Below are positions 1-14,768 of a stretch of DNA of 64,000 nt, one piece after another. The number at the start of each line of letters is the position of its first letter. The stretch's first letter is position 1. This DNA comes from the human T2T-CHM13v2.0 reference genome, Homo sapiens. Made by a program: the position numbers and the translations under genes. The notes beneath the pieces were generated by a model. That model was not told where the DNA came from. It searched no databases and worked only from the letters and a program-made list of their open reading frames with translations. Location of the stretch: NCBI RefSeq assembly GCF_009914755.1, contig NC_060933.1. One strand, given 5' to 3'.

Positions 1-578
1 TCTTTTTGATAATAGCCATTTGACTGGGGTGAGATGATATCTCACTGTGGTTTTGATTTTCATTTCCCTGATGACTAGTGATGTTGAACACTTTTTTATA
101 TGCCTGTTGGCATTTGTATATCTTCTTTTGAGAAATGTCTGTTCACATCTATTGCATATTTTTTAGTTGGATTACTTGTTAGTTTGCTACTGAGTTGTTT
201 GATTTCCTTTTATACTTTGGTTATTAATCCCTTGTCAAAAAAAGAGTTTGCAAGTATTTTCTCCTATTCTTTATCTGTTTATTTTGTTGACTGTTTTCTT
301 TGCTATGCAGAAGATTTTTAGCTTAACATTAATTATCTCATTCTTAAATTTTTGCTGTGGTGCCTGTGGTTTTGAGGTCTTTGCCCACATCAATAAAATC
401 TTGAAGTCTTCATGCCCAGTCTAATGAAGTCTTTACCCATATCAATGTCTCAAAGCATTTCCCCAATGTTTTGCTGTAGTAGTTTCATAGTTTCAGGTCT
501 TACATTTATGCATTTTAATCTATTTTGATTTGATATTTATATAGGGTGAGGGGGTCTAGTTTCATTCTTTTGCATATT
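1..578 (-). mobile_element. L1 (L1MA-type) ORF2 3' region, antisense; runs off the window start
   Basis: Antisense ORF2 motifs 'gagatgatatctcactgtggttttgattt', 'ttttgagaaatgtctgttca' and 'ggggtctagtttcattcttttgcata'. Confidence 0.9.
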
Positions 579-1026
579 GATAACACAAAAATATAAATGA
601 TTGTTATAGATCTGTATGAACAACTATATGCCAACAAATTGGAAAACCTAGATGAAATGGATAAATTCCTAGACCTATGCAACTTGCCAAATTGAACCAT
701 GAATAAATAAGAAAAAAAAAACTGACCAGACAAATAATGAGTAATGAGATAGAAGCAATAATAAAAAGTCTCCTATCAAAAAAAAAAAAAAAAAAGCCCA
801 AGACCTGATGGCTTTACTGCTGAATTCTACCAAACATAAACAGAGAACTAATACCAGTTTTACTGAAACTCTTTGAAAAAAAAAAATTGAAGAGGAGGGT
901 ATAGGGTATACTTCCATACTCATTCTGTGACATTAGCATTACCCTGATACCAAATCCAACCAAAGACACAACAAAGAAAGAATAATACAGGGCAATATCC
1001 CTGATGAAAATGGATGCAAAAATCTT
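579..1026 (+). mobile_element. L1 ORF2 central fragment, sense; probably the inverted 5' part of the element at 1-578
   Basis: 'caactatatgccaacaaattggaaaacctagatgaaatggataaattcctagac' ... 'atccctgatgaaaatggatgcaaaaatc'. Abuts the antisense piece directly. Confidence 0.85.
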
Positions 1027-1039
1027 CTTTAAAAAGTTT

Positions 1040-1668
1040 AACATTTTGAGAAACTGCCAAACTGCTCTCTAAAGTGTTCCAAACATTTTACAATGCCACC
1101 AGCAGTATACAAGTGTTCCAGTTTTGCCACATTTTCATCAATACTTGTTATTGTCTGTTTCTGATTTATTTAAAAAATTAGGCCGGGCATGGTGGTTCAT
1201 GCCTATAATCCCAACATTTTGGGCGGCTGAGGCTGGCAGATCACAAGGTCAGGAGTTCGAGACCAGCCTGGCCAACATAGTGAAACACTGTCTCTACTAA
1301 AAATACAAAAAAATTAGCCAAGTGTGGTGGTGCACGTCTGTAGTCCCAGCTACTCGGGAGGCGGAGGCGGGAGAATCACTTGAACTCAGGAGGCAGAGGT
1401 GGGTGACAGAGTGAGACTCCGTCTCAGAAAAAAAAAGAAAAAATTTAGATATCTTAGTAGATGTGAAGTGACATCTCATTTTGGTTTTTATTTGCATTTT
1501 CCAGTGACTAATGACGTTCAGCATCTTTTCATGTGTATGTTGATTATGTATGTCATATTTGAATATTTCTATTGAAATCCTTTGCCCACTTTTTAAGTGG
1601 GTTATTTGTCTTTCAACTGTTGAAATATAAGTATTCTTAACCTATTCTTAATACAAGTCCTTTGTCAA
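1040..1668 (-). mobile_element. Old L1M (MB/MC-type) 3' ORF2 fragment, interrupted by an Alu
   Basis: 'ttttgagaaactgccaaactg...ccaccagcagtatacaagtgttccag' resumes after the Alu as 'gtgacatctcattttggtttttatttgcatttt'. Confidence 0.75.
1181..1443 (+). mobile_element. AluS (AluSg-like) with a ~37-bp deletion in the right arm
   Basis: GGCCGGGC start, A-rich linker and A tail. 'gatcacaaggtcaggagttcg' lacks the CT of Sx. The right arm jumps 'gaggt|gggtgacagag' at 1400/1401. Confidence 0.95.
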
Positions 1669-1809
1669 GGCATTTCTAAAGACATAAAACTTAGAAGCCT
1701 TACATTTAATTACATAAAAATTCAATAGTCTCTATAAAATATGAAATCATGCCATTGAAAAATCCAAAAGAAAAATATCAAAGATATAAATGCCAAACTG
1801 TGGAAAATA

Positions 1810-3047
1810 TGTCTCCCTATTCAATAAATGGTGTTGGGATAACTGGCTAGCCATATACATAAGATTGAAGCTGGACCCCTTCCTTACACCAAAAATCAAC
1901 TCAAGATGGATTAAAGACTTAAATATAAAACCCAAAACTATAAAAACCCTGGGAGACAACCTAGGCAACACCATCCTGTACATAGGAACGGGCAAAGATT
2001 TCATGATGAAGACGTCAAAAGCAATCAAAACGAAAGCAAAAATTGACAAGTCGGATCAAATTAAACTCAAGAGTTCCTGAACAGCAAAAGAATCTATCAA
2101 CAGAGTAAACAGACAACCTATAGAATGGGAGAAAATATTTGCAAACTTCATCTGACAAAGGTCTAATATCCGGCATCTATAAGGAACTTAAATTTACAAG
2201 AGAAAACAATCCCATTAAAAAGTGGCCAAAGGACATGAACAGACACTTTTCAAAAGAAGACATACACCGGGCCAACAAGCATATGAAAAGAAGCTCAATA
2301 TCACTGATCATTAGAGAAATGCAAACCAAAACAACAATGGTACACCATCTCACACCAGTCAGAATGGCTATTAGTTAAAAGTCAAAAAAACAACAGATGC
2401 TGGTGAGGCTGCAGAGAAAAGGGAACACTTATAAACTGTTGGTGGGCACGTAAATTAATTTAGTCATTGTGGAAAGCAGTACGGTAATTTGTCGAAGAGC
2501 TAAAAGCAGAACTACCATTCGACCCAGCAATCCTATTACTAGGTGTATATCCAGAGGAATATAAATCATTCTACCATAAAGACGCATGAACACGAATGTT
2601 CATTGCAGTGCTATTCACAATAACAAAGACATGAAATCAACCTAAATGGCCATCAATGACAGATTGGATAAAGAAAACATATAAATATACACCATGAAAC
2701 ATATGCAGCCATAAAAAAAGAACAAGTTGATATCTTTAACAGGAACATGGATGGAACTGGAGACCATCATCCTTACCAAACTAACACAGGAATAGAAAAC
2801 CAAATACTGCATGTTCTCACTTAGAAGTGTGAGCTAAATGATGATAACTCATGAGCACAAAGAAACAACAGATGCTGGGGTGCACTTGAGATTGGAGGAT
2901 ATGAGGAGGGAGAGGAGCAGAAAAGATAACTATTGAGTACTGAAATTGATATCTGGGTGATGAAATAATCTGTACAACCCCCATGACACGAGTTTACTCA
3001 TGTAACAAACCTTCACATGTACTCTTGAACATAAAAGTTAAAAAAAT
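1810..3047 (+). mobile_element. 5'-truncated L1PA15/16-like element (ORF2 C-terminus plus 3'UTR)
   Basis: The ORF track gives [21 protein letters not shown] and [16 protein letters not shown]. 3'UTR 'gagcagaaaagataactattg...ctgggtgatgaaataatctgtac'. A tail. Confidence 0.9.
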
Positions 3048-3400
3048 GAAATATTAATACAGACTATAATATAGATATCCCTTTAAAAGATTATGCTATG
3101 TGAAAGAAGCCAGCCACAAAGACCATATAGTGTATTATTTCATTTACATGAACAGTCCACAATAAACAAATCCATAGAGACAGAAAGTAGATCAGTGATT
3201 GTTCATTGTTAGGGTCAGGGAGGGTGATTGCAGGAGAAATGGGGAGTGACATGAAAACAGGTATGGGATTTCTTTTGGGGTGAGAAAATGTTCTAAAATT
3301 GTGTGATGATAGTTGCACAACTCTGTAATTGTAGTAATAACCAGTGATTTCTATGCTTCAAATGGATACATTATATGAGAATTATATCTCAATAAAGGTC
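3048..3400 (+). mobile_element. L1MB-type 3' end
   Basis: 'gtgaaagaagccag..acaaa', 'aaatccatagagacagaaagtagat', 'gaattatatctcaataaag'. Confidence 0.8.
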
Positions 3401-3419
3401 TGATAAAAAACTCAAAATA

Positions 3420-5073
<1,654 letters not shown>

Positions 5074-5079
5074 ATGTGA

Positions 5080-5700
5080 TATTGAATTATAACCCAAATA
5101 TAAAATATATATTCATGAGTCTATACTGATAAACGCATGTTTGAATAAATAAATGAGGCAGAAGAGATTAATTATCTTTACCGAAGAATCCCATATAATA
5201 CATATAGGTGTTCCCTCCTCTAGGAGTGAAGTTTAATTCCATCCTACACTGAAGAGTGGGCTAGATATACTTAGTGACTCTCTCAAGTAATAGAAAAGGG
5301 AAAGAAGAAAATAGCAACTTTACAGTGGAGAAACCTGGCAAACACTACCTTACCATGTGATCAAAGTTACCATCATCAGTGATGTCATGTGGATATCATG
5401 TATTTTCTGGGATTATGTGACAAGAAGGACATTTTACATCTTGATACTTGTCTACAAATTAAAAACCCCACTCTAATCACAAGAAAAATATCAGACAAAT
5501 CCAAATTAAGGGACATTCAACTAGATACTACTAATCATCTTGATTGTAAGTGTAATCCTCATGAATACCAGGAAAGACTGAGGAAACTGACACACTGAAG
5601 ACTGCAAAAACATGCAATGTGGTACCCTGCATTGCGCCCTGGAACACAAAGTGCACATTAACAGACCATCTAGTGGACTCCAAATAAAGTCTGTAGTTTC
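5080..5700 (+). mobile_element. L1MC/L1MD-type 3'UTR fragment
   Basis: 'aactttacagtggagaaacctggcaaacactacctta', 'atcagacaaatccaaatt', 'ccaaataaagtctgtagtt'. Confidence 0.75.
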
Positions 5701-6949
5701 GCTCATAGGAAGGCAGTAATTTTGGTCATTTCAAATGGAAAAAAAAGTCTTCAGTCTATATATATCAATAAATATTTCCTAACCACAACTGTGCCTGGAC
5801 AGAAGCAGGAAAGACCCTGTTATTAGCCTTTTCTTCTCATTGCCTTCTTTTGTTCCCCTATTTTCACTAACTCTTCCCAAGTAGTCTCCATAACTCATTT
5901 CTCTAGATGGGGTAAAAGGAGAAATAAGACAGCATTGTTGAACGGGGGCACTTCAGGCTTTCTGAGTGAAAAAATAAATAGGGGAGGGAAACATTTATTC
6001 CAATCAAATGTAGTGAAAATTGAGCAGTTTCTTCACCATTAGCTCCTTCTTGGACATCTGTTCATGGATAGATGAACATTCATGTATAGATAACTGAATG
6101 CATCAGAAACCTTGAAAATGGCCAAATTGTACTTTTAAGAATCAGGTCACAACCATAACTATTTCTGTAGCAACCATTTCAGTACAGGGAATAAAAACAT
6201 CTATTTTGAAAAATAAATAAAAAGCCCAAACCAGAAAACCAATGAGAAGTCTGTACTTTAAGAAATGTAATTCTCTTAAAAGAGAATTATTGAAGTACTG
6301 AAAATTCTACATTAGGTTCATGTCACGTGTAGAAAGCATCTCTGGTGCTCCCAATCTGCTGTTAAAGATACACCTAATAAAATTTTCATTTGAGTCTTAG
6401 CTACATTATGCTTGAAATATAACACTTTTCTCAACTATTAATATTCCATCTATGAAAAAGTATATTAAAATACTTCAATCTACTGATATCTTTTTAATAA
6501 CCTTTCTTGAATTATTTTTATGTCTTTAAAGCATAATTACATCCAGGTTAACATAAACAAAACTATCACCAAAACTTTGTTAATATCTTTGCATACCTCT
6601 AATAACTCAGTCTCATTAGTGACTGTAACCATAATGCAGCTATAAACATTTTTATGAATGGATTTGTACCTCCAATAAATTATAGTCCCATGCACATACA
6701 CAGCTAATACACCTCCATTTTTACATGGAAGTGGTTTCTTAAAAGGTAATTTTTTTCCTCTTTCTTTCAGGATTTCTGCTTTCTAAAATTCAGTAATGAA
6801 TGATAAGTCTATAATAAACACAAGCTCCCCTTTTTTTCTCCCCTGAGAACAAACTTTCAAGCTTCGTCAGTATGGAAAGAGAAATTGATGACTATAAGAA
6901 ACTAGGGGGTGGCGGGGCGGGCAGAGGGAGGAAAGGAGAAAAAACAACA

Positions 6950-7402
6950 ATCTTTGACAGCTGACAAGTGTTAGCTGGCCTGGCAGCCAATAGCTAGGTT
7001 GTGTTCCTTGCTGAACATGAACAATTTCACAGAATATCAACATCAGATAAGATTAATATATAACCCTGATGGAACAAGACAAAAACAAGGACACTATGCA
7101 ACCACATTCCCTTCTGAGCAACTAACGGTCTCTCATCAGTAATAGTCTTACTTAATTCTGGCTACCTCTTAAATTAACATTATTAATGTACTCAGTCAAC
7201 AAATAGCCCTCATTTTCTGACAACACAATCAGGGACAGACACACAGATCACCCAGTGCAAACCCAAACCCTATAAAAATTCCATCTCACTGAGATTATTT
7301 TCCCCATAGGATGCAGTTTTTCTTGCTGCAGTGAGTTAATACAACTAAATTTGTTTGATTACAATTATGTTCTTGGTGATCTTTGGGCACTAGGATTTGA
7401 TA
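6950..7402 (+). mobile_element. Ancient solo ERV LTR (MER90/MER110-like; family uncertain)
   Basis: 'gctgaacatgaacaatttcacagaatatcaacatcaga..gatggaacaagacaaaaacaag', a TATA-like 'cctataaaa', and a U5-like end 'gttcttggtgatctttgg...tttgata'. Confidence 0.6.
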
Positions 7403-7798
7403 AGACAAACATAAAAACTGGAAAAAATTGTTGGGAGAGAAAAGTTCTTGGTTTGGTTGCTATTGTTGGGTGTGGTGGAGATGACATGTATGTATGTGTT
7501 GGACCATGGTAGGGGGAAGAGCAGAAGAGGGTTACATAACATGGATGAGGAATGCGTTATATGAGAGACTTATTCTGCTCTATTTTTCTTTCCTATATTG
7601 TCCTGATCCTCATATTGCCCTTATTCCCAACATTACCCTCTGCCTTCCACCTTTACTGGAAATCAAAAAATAATAATGAAATCAGCATTGCTGTTCTTGT
7701 TCAAGTCTATTAATAACACTTCTCTCTTTGCCAGCTAAGATCTGAACCAATCAGTAGACACAAGATTGAGATAAATGGATGTCACATAGGAGTTTGGG

Positions 7799-7843
7799 GT
7801 TTTTTGTTTTGTTTTTTGTTTGTTTGTTTGTTTGTTTATTGTT
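7799..7843. repeat. (TTTG)n microsatellite
   Basis: Directly visible. Confidence 0.9.
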
Positions 7844-8664
7844 ACCAGATAAAGGCTAGATTAGTAAAACTAAAGAAAGTGACCAGATTGGCTTGCTAAT
7901 GCTCTCTGTTTTGTCTCTCCTAGCTTAGATTTTGGGAGACCCTAACCAAGGGAATGTTTAGTTTTCAGCACAGATGTAACTACTTAGGATTTCTTATTTA
8001 TACTGGTGCAAAATAAAGAATGAAATAGAGAGGCAAGATTCTGTGTGCTTACAAATGTGCTAATACATTATCTTCACTCAGTTCAGAATGTAGACCAATA
8101 ATGTCACCCGATATGTCAGACCAATAATAATGTCACCTAATAGCTTACTCCAAAACAGCAATGTAAATGGAGATCTCTGTGTATGGAAACATATGTACTA
8201 CATTTTAGTAGATCATCTTGATACTCTCCAGTGATTTTTATTCATCTAATCCATTGAGCTTATTCATTAAACCTATGATCGTACATGTCTGTGGCTATCC
8301 TTCTCAGCAGGGTAAGGGAAGTCTCATTTCTATCTTCATGTAGCCACCTCACTAATATCAACTATTGGTACCTCTGATGGTCAGTACCAATTTTGCCCTC
8401 CAGAAGGCACTGAAATGAATAAGAGCAGTGTACTTAATTAGTTAACTCCAATGTCACACTCTATTTGAAATTGAAAGTGTATTCCCTGTTCTAATCACCT
8501 CCAGCCACATTGTCTTATATAGGTCATGAGGGGCTCTGCAATTACATGAAATAACAATATTAATATACTTCAGTAATAAAGTGCAACGTCATCAAGATGT
8601 CCAGGGTTGAATATAAACTCCTCCTATAATGAAATTCAAATTCAAATATAATGCCTTTTTGCTT

Positions 8665-8872
8665 AAGTGTATAGGCTCTGAACCAGACTACCTGACTTCA
8701 AATCCCAGTTCTTACACTTACTAGGTTTATGATCCTGAGCAAGTAAATTAATATCCCTGTGCCTCAGTTTTCTAACCTGAAAAGTGAGGGTAACAATGTG
8801 ACATGCAAGGTTGTCATGAGAACTGAATAAATTATATATGTAAACCATTTAAAGACATGGCTGACAGATAAG
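8665..8872 (+). mobile_element. MIR SINE
   Basis: 'ttcaaatcccagttct..cacttactag...gagcaagt..ctgtgcctcagttttct..ctgaaaagtg' MIR core. Confidence 0.85.
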
Positions 8873-9144
8873 AGGTGTTCAATTTTACTATTGTACTTGT
8901 AATTTGGACTCAAACATTCTTAAAGTCCCCAAATTATGTTTTCTTGGAAAAATTACTCCTTATAGACTTTAATTTCTTATTCTGCTCAGTGTCAGCTAAT
9001 GTGGTTCTTTATGTCCAAATACTTGAGGAAGTCAGTTCAGTAGCCTCATCCTTAAGGTTTTTACTGGCAAGGTTATTGTTTCCTTGGCACCTCTAAAGCG
9101 AATTAATCCCAACTCAAAGTTTCTGATATGGCTCATCTTTGTCT

Positions 9145-9545
9145 TCAGCCTTATTGAACTATAATTTATAAATGATAAAATTTACCAATTTTAAGTAAAT
9201 AATTTGATGAGTTCTGAGAATTGCTCATAGTCTTATAGCCAGCACCACAATCATGATACAGAACATTTCCATTATCCAAAAAAAATCCTTCATGCCCCAT
9301 TTTTGTCAATATTCTCTGCCAAAACCCTGAACCCTAGCAATACCAGCCTGCTTTCCATCACCGTAGTCTTGAATTTTCTGAAATTTCATATAAATATAAT
9401 CATACATTATATAGTCTTTTCTTTCTGGCTTTCACTTAGGAAAATTCTTTTGAAATTCATTCATTTTCTTGAATTTTTCAGTAGTACATTTTGTTTGTCA
9501 TTGTTACTAAGTAGTAGTTCATTGTATGGTCATACCACTTTTTCT
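9145..9545 (-). mobile_element. L1MB/ME 3' end, antisense
   Basis: 'cagccttattgaactataattt...caccacaatcatgatacagaacatttcc...cataccact'. Confidence 0.8.
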
Positions 9546-9759
9546 TCACAAAAAAAAATTGGAATATGATAGATATTCTCAGATAAGTGGGGTAAAGAGA
9601 CAAAGCTACTCAAAAATCCTGTCTGGCTGTTCTGAGGACTGAGAGGATCAGTGTCATGTTGTTTTGTGAAGACAAATTTCTTGCCCATAATATTTACATT
9701 TCTGCTGGCATTAAAATAACCCCGACCCTGTATTGTATGACCATATTGTATTACTTCTC

Positions 9760-10170
9760 CAAAAACACTCTACTTTTTATCCTCACTGCACCAACTACAA
9801 GAGCCTTCAAATATCCTTGTTTTTACAGATGTAGTTCCCTTTGTCAGGAATTCCCTCCCCTTCCTTGTCATAAAAAATTCCTTCCTGCTCATTATTCTTT
9901 ACAGCTCAGTTGAGTGGTCACCTCCCCTGTCATGTCATTCCTGATCTTTTCAAGCAGAATTAGTTGCTTCTTTCTTGGTGTTTCCAAAGCACCATGTATG
10001 TGACTCTCCTTATCACTCATTTAATGATCATTTCTGACCAGATTCAGGTATGTCTCTCTTATGGAAAAGACAGTGTTGTTCTACTTTGTTTCCCCAACTG
10101 TAAGTTCAGGGAAGTATATACTCAATAAAGGTTTGTTTAATAAAAGAAAGGAAATTAATAAATGAATGCA
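9760..10170 (+). mobile_element. L2 (L2c-like) 3' end
   Basis: 'cagctcag..gtcacctcc', 'gcagaattagttgctt', and the terminus 'ctcaataaaggtttgttt..aaatgaatg'. Confidence 0.65.
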
Positions 10171-13100
10171 TGAAAACACACTGCTATTGATACACATCTG
10201 TCATAGACAATGCCAGCGTGTGAATGAACACAACCCACTGCTCTAATTGCCTGGAAATCGACTTCTTTGCACCCCATCAGATTTTGGTGGGACAAGAAAT
10301 CTGTTCATGCTCTGATAAATCTTGCTGAATTTTAAGGAAACAACTGCTATCCACTGAAAAACATACTTAATTATTCACAGTGCATAGGAGTTTCCGTGAC
10401 ATGACTAGCAAAAAGCTCCTGGCCCTTCAGATGTGAAAGATGCATTCATAATTAAAATGTGACCCATACTGCATCCTGCTGCCAGATTTCCTTGAGTAGT
10501 CACTGGAGATTAAATTCTAATTATGACATTTGAAGAAATAAAATTCTCTAGGGAAAGCAGCCTCCAAAGATAGACTATATGTCGACAGCTGTTGTGGAAA
10601 TTACTTATTTTAACCTTTGCCATAAAAATTGTAAAACCAGCCCAGCTCTTTCTCTGTAGGAGACATTTTGGGAGATGGATTTGTAGATGTGTTTTGGGGA
10701 TTAGCCTAAAGTCAAGACAGTATCATTTCACAACAGAAGTTCCATTAAAGTTTCTTAAATTTCAGTGAACTTCTGTTCAGGAAGTCCTTTTAAATTCTGA
10801 TGAGCTGACATTTGAATGTTTCTGTAGCAGATGGCTATCAGCTAAAAGAAGTATACAATATTTTACTCTTACTAGCTGAAACTAAATTTGGAAGATATGA
10901 TAGATTTTTTTAAATTAAAACTCTTAGAAGCTAGGGTCATACATTTCATATATTTAAAAATGGGAATTCAACCTGCATTGGACTTGAACTCAAGTTTCCA
11001 TGTGTAATGTATTCGTGGATTTCAAGACTGGCAACAGATGCAAGCTTCTCCAAGCCATCTGTAATATAGCTGTATAGAATATATTTAAAGGTCATTATAT
11101 TTAATCAAATATTATTGACTACAACATTAAGGCATAATAATCTATCTGAGAGTTGGGTTATCCACCAATTTTTCTTCTAGAAAACTCTATTCAAGGCTTT
11201 TTTAAGATAGTCTTGCTGAATTTTTTAAATTCTGGAGAAGATTTAAAGGAAGAATTGGTCAGGGTTCCTTACCTACAGGGATTTCAAAATCCTCATGTAA
11301 AGATAAAATTAATATACATGGAGAATCACATATTTAACAGAACACAAACATTAAAAAGAAACCAAAATACCTTGCCAAATCTCAGTATTTACAGATGATG
11401 ACTGACTATAAAGATGCTAAATTCTTTAGTTAAAGATTTCCATCTAATTAGAAGCAGAGTTTAAGATGTGCTTCTGTTCTTCTCAAAGTATTGCAATTAT
11501 TTTTATATTCTAGTAGTTCTGCTTTTCTGATTGCATGGTGAGTGATAGAAGATTCAAATTTTTATATCATCACAGCCTACGTTCCTTCTAAAAAACACTT
11601 TTCCCTATTTTTGGTGGTGTTTTACCGTATTAATGTAAGGCTATATTTGGAGATTCGGATGCACTAAATACCTTACAATTCTCCTTTTCAAAATGACCTT
11701 CTCACCAAAAAGAGAGTCAAGAAGCCTCATAAGTTTCTCCCTCACTCAACAGTGTCATCATCAACCACTAGTAAATAACTCCAGACAAGTAAAGTGCTAG
11801 CTGTTTCAGAGTTTAATGAATAGCTTTATGGGCTCCTTCTCACAGCTGTCATTGTTCTGACAAAGTGATTGAATACAACTCTTGTACCATACCAATGAGA
11901 GCTGCCCACAAAGGGCACTACATATTTCCGAGTCCTTCTGGTTGCATGATTCCAAGACAACACTGAAGTGCTCAAACCAGCAACTATTTACTCCAGGGGA
12001 CAGTAAACTCTGATCTCCTGGAACCACATTCTGTAAAAGAGTCATAGATCAAAATTCATTTCTTAAAATGGCATGCACATATCTCAATAGAATTAGATAA
12101 TGTGCATCTTCTGAAATCTAATCACATTAAGTGGTTGTTGAGCAATATTTTCATTCATTCCAGTTAAGCACTTAAAATTTAAGAAGGAGAGTACAGCATT
12201 AAATGACAACTTACTTTCAGTTCAAAAGGTTGTCTGTCAATCTTGCCTTGTTTTCGTCTACAGCTGGGTTAGTTCCTTACAGCTCAACCTATTGGTGACC
12301 CCACTTGCATGCAAACTGTTACCTGTTGCAGTTTCTGTGCTAATCCTGACATATATAAGAAATAGATCAGTATTCTCACATTCTCACCACCTCCCTCCTG
12401 GTCGGGCCCAGTGTGACTTAAATCTTACACCTACTGAGAGTTAAAATTTCTTTTGCTAGCCAAGGTTGCTGGCTTACCACATTGCTTTTTGAGATAACTT
12501 CTCTAACAATGAAATTCAGGTTTAATGTCCCCGTGGATATCCCCTGAGAATCTATTGGCCCTTTAGGTCAAAGCTGTCTGCTTCTTTTCCTTCTGTTGTT
12601 TTTATTCATAAGACTAAACTTCTGCTCTGGTCCTTCCTCCTAACCCTCAGCTAAGTACTGCCTAGTACTCTAGTTCCCTCTTGAGGACCATATGCTTGGC
12701 CTTGCCCAGACATATCCCTTTCCAAGGTAGCCCAATCTAGTGGCCAGGCTTCCAAAGTGGGTCATGATGAGTATGGACTCATGGATATAAACGTCTTAAA
12801 TCCCAAATGCTTATTTCATCTGTATTCCCTGCTATAGTGATTTCTCCTTCCAGCATCATAGGTCATGTATTTGCACTTGATAATTTTATGACATGTTAGA
12901 CACCCATAATCACTTGACTAATTCCTTCACTCAGTATTTCTTTATTGCTATGTATTCGTGTTTTAAATGGTCACAATCCATGACTTCACTCTACAACTAA
13001 ATAAATTACTTTGAAAAGGCATACACAGAAGATGAATATATAAGAAATACACAATTTTGAGGCAGATGCAATTCATAATATAATTCACCACCAGGAAAGG

Positions 13101-13859
13101 AATACTTTTATTGAGCATCCATGCACAATGCTAGGATCAATATCTGATAAAATGGACAGTTATATAGCTTATAAACATACAAAGTCCATATTTCCCAGAC
13201 CATGGCAACCTAAAGTATAAATAAGGGCATCTTACCAAAGCTATTTGGCTTCAGCATCATTTGCTCTGTAGGAACTTAATTCACACTCAAATACCTACCC
13301 TGTGGTTCAGAGTCACCAGTCATCTTGTTTACTAAATAGCATGTACTGTTTTCCTCCTCTTCTGCTCTAGCTCACTATGATGATGTTCCCTGTCAGTAAT
13401 GATTTTAAAAGCCTGAATGCTGCTATTGATGTCTGCTGGCTCCCACTGATGCCAATGCCAACAAAAGTCCTAAGTGTTTGTGTTAAGCCAATGACAGAGG
13501 TTAAGAATATCTGTGTTGATGCTAAAGATGGCACAGCCTGCTATGTACTTGCTTTAGTAGATGTCAGTTCTTATGTCTCCCCTTGATCTTTTCTTTTTCT
13601 TTTGGGAATACTGTCTATCTTCTGCAAAGACATGCTCTGTCTGACCCAAGCACTAAATATGAGTTCTGAAAGGTTAGATATTCTTAAAAGCATCCCTACC
13701 TCTCCATCCTCCATCTACATCATTTGCTTGATGCTGGATACCTAACTCAAACTAACCCACTACTAGGGTTAGTTTGGGCTTTAATCTTTCTCACCCTAGG
13801 TTTCACTTACAAATCCATGCAAGCTATGCAAGCTACTATAACTTGACCCTAGATTAAGC

Positions 13860-14170
13860 AAGGGTCAGTTTTTCCTGAAAAACAGCTGATGAGGCCCTGG
13901 AGATTTTTTAAAACCATATTGTTTGCCATGTGGAAGACTTCCAATTTGCATCATGAGAGAATTAAGTCAGAACAGAGAAAGAGAAGACAGAAGAGATCTA
14001 GAAAGATCCCTGGCATCATTCACTTCCTTAATAAGAAGTATATCTAATGTCTAGCTTCAATTGCCCTTCCCTACAATTACTTAACCTTTCACTGAGATAA
14101 ATTAGTATTTTTCCCATAAATTCCTCTGATTTTCCAAGCTAATTCAAATACAGTTTCTGTTATTTTCATC
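13860..14170 (+). mobile_element. Degraded MLT1 (J/K-like) MaLR LTR fragment
   Basis: 'aaccatattg..gccatgtggaag', 'cccataaattcc..ccaagctaattcaa..gtttctgttattt' resemble an MLT1 3' half. Confidence 0.5.
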
Positions 14171-14198
14171 ATGAAAGAGAAAGAGAGAGAGAGGAAGA

Positions 14199-14615
14199 TG
14201 CTATAGTTGGACGTTTGTCCCAGGAAACCTCAAGTTGAAACTTGATCCTCAATGTTGGAGGTGGGGCCCAATGGGAGGCTTTTGGGTCATAGGAATGAAT
14301 CCCTCATGAATAGATTAATGCCCTCCCTGAGAGGAGGAACTTTCATTACCAGGAGAGTTCCTCTGAGTGCTGGTAATTAAAAAGAGCCTGGCACTGCCTC
14401 CCTTGCTCTCTCTCTTGCCATGTGATCTCTGCATGCACCTACTCCCCTTTGCCTTCTACCATGAGTGGAAGAAGCCTGAGGCTTTCACCAGAAGTGGATG
14501 CTGGTGCCATGCTTCTTGTATAGCTTGCAAAACCGTAAGACAAATAAACCTCTTTTCTTTGTAAATTACCCAGCCTCAGGTATTCCTTTATAGCAACACT
14601 AAAGAAATTAACACA
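14199..14615 (+). mobile_element. MSTB-like MaLR solo LTR
   Basis: Starts 'tgctatagttggacgtttgtcc'; contains 'ttgccttctaccatgagtggaagaagcctgagg'; ends 'aaataaacctcttttc..attacccagcctcaggtattcctttatagcaacac..aacaca'. Confidence 0.92.
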
Positions 14616-14768
14616 AGAAGAAAGAATAGAGGAAGGGAGGGGAGAAGGAGGGAGGGAGGGAGGGAAGGAGGGAAGGAAGGAAGGGAGGAAGGAAGGAAAG
14701 GAAGGAAGGAAGAGAGAGAAAACAATGGAAGGAGAAAAGGATGGAAGGAGGGAGACAAAGAAAGAAAA
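14616..14768. repeat. Polypurine (GGAA/GGGA)n tract
   Basis: Directly visible; a GA tract also lies left of the LTR (14174-14198). Confidence 0.9.

Noticed and set aside
13377-13586. 69-aa ATG ORF within the split duplication
   Set aside because: No recognisable homology or splice context, and its length is within chance expectation.
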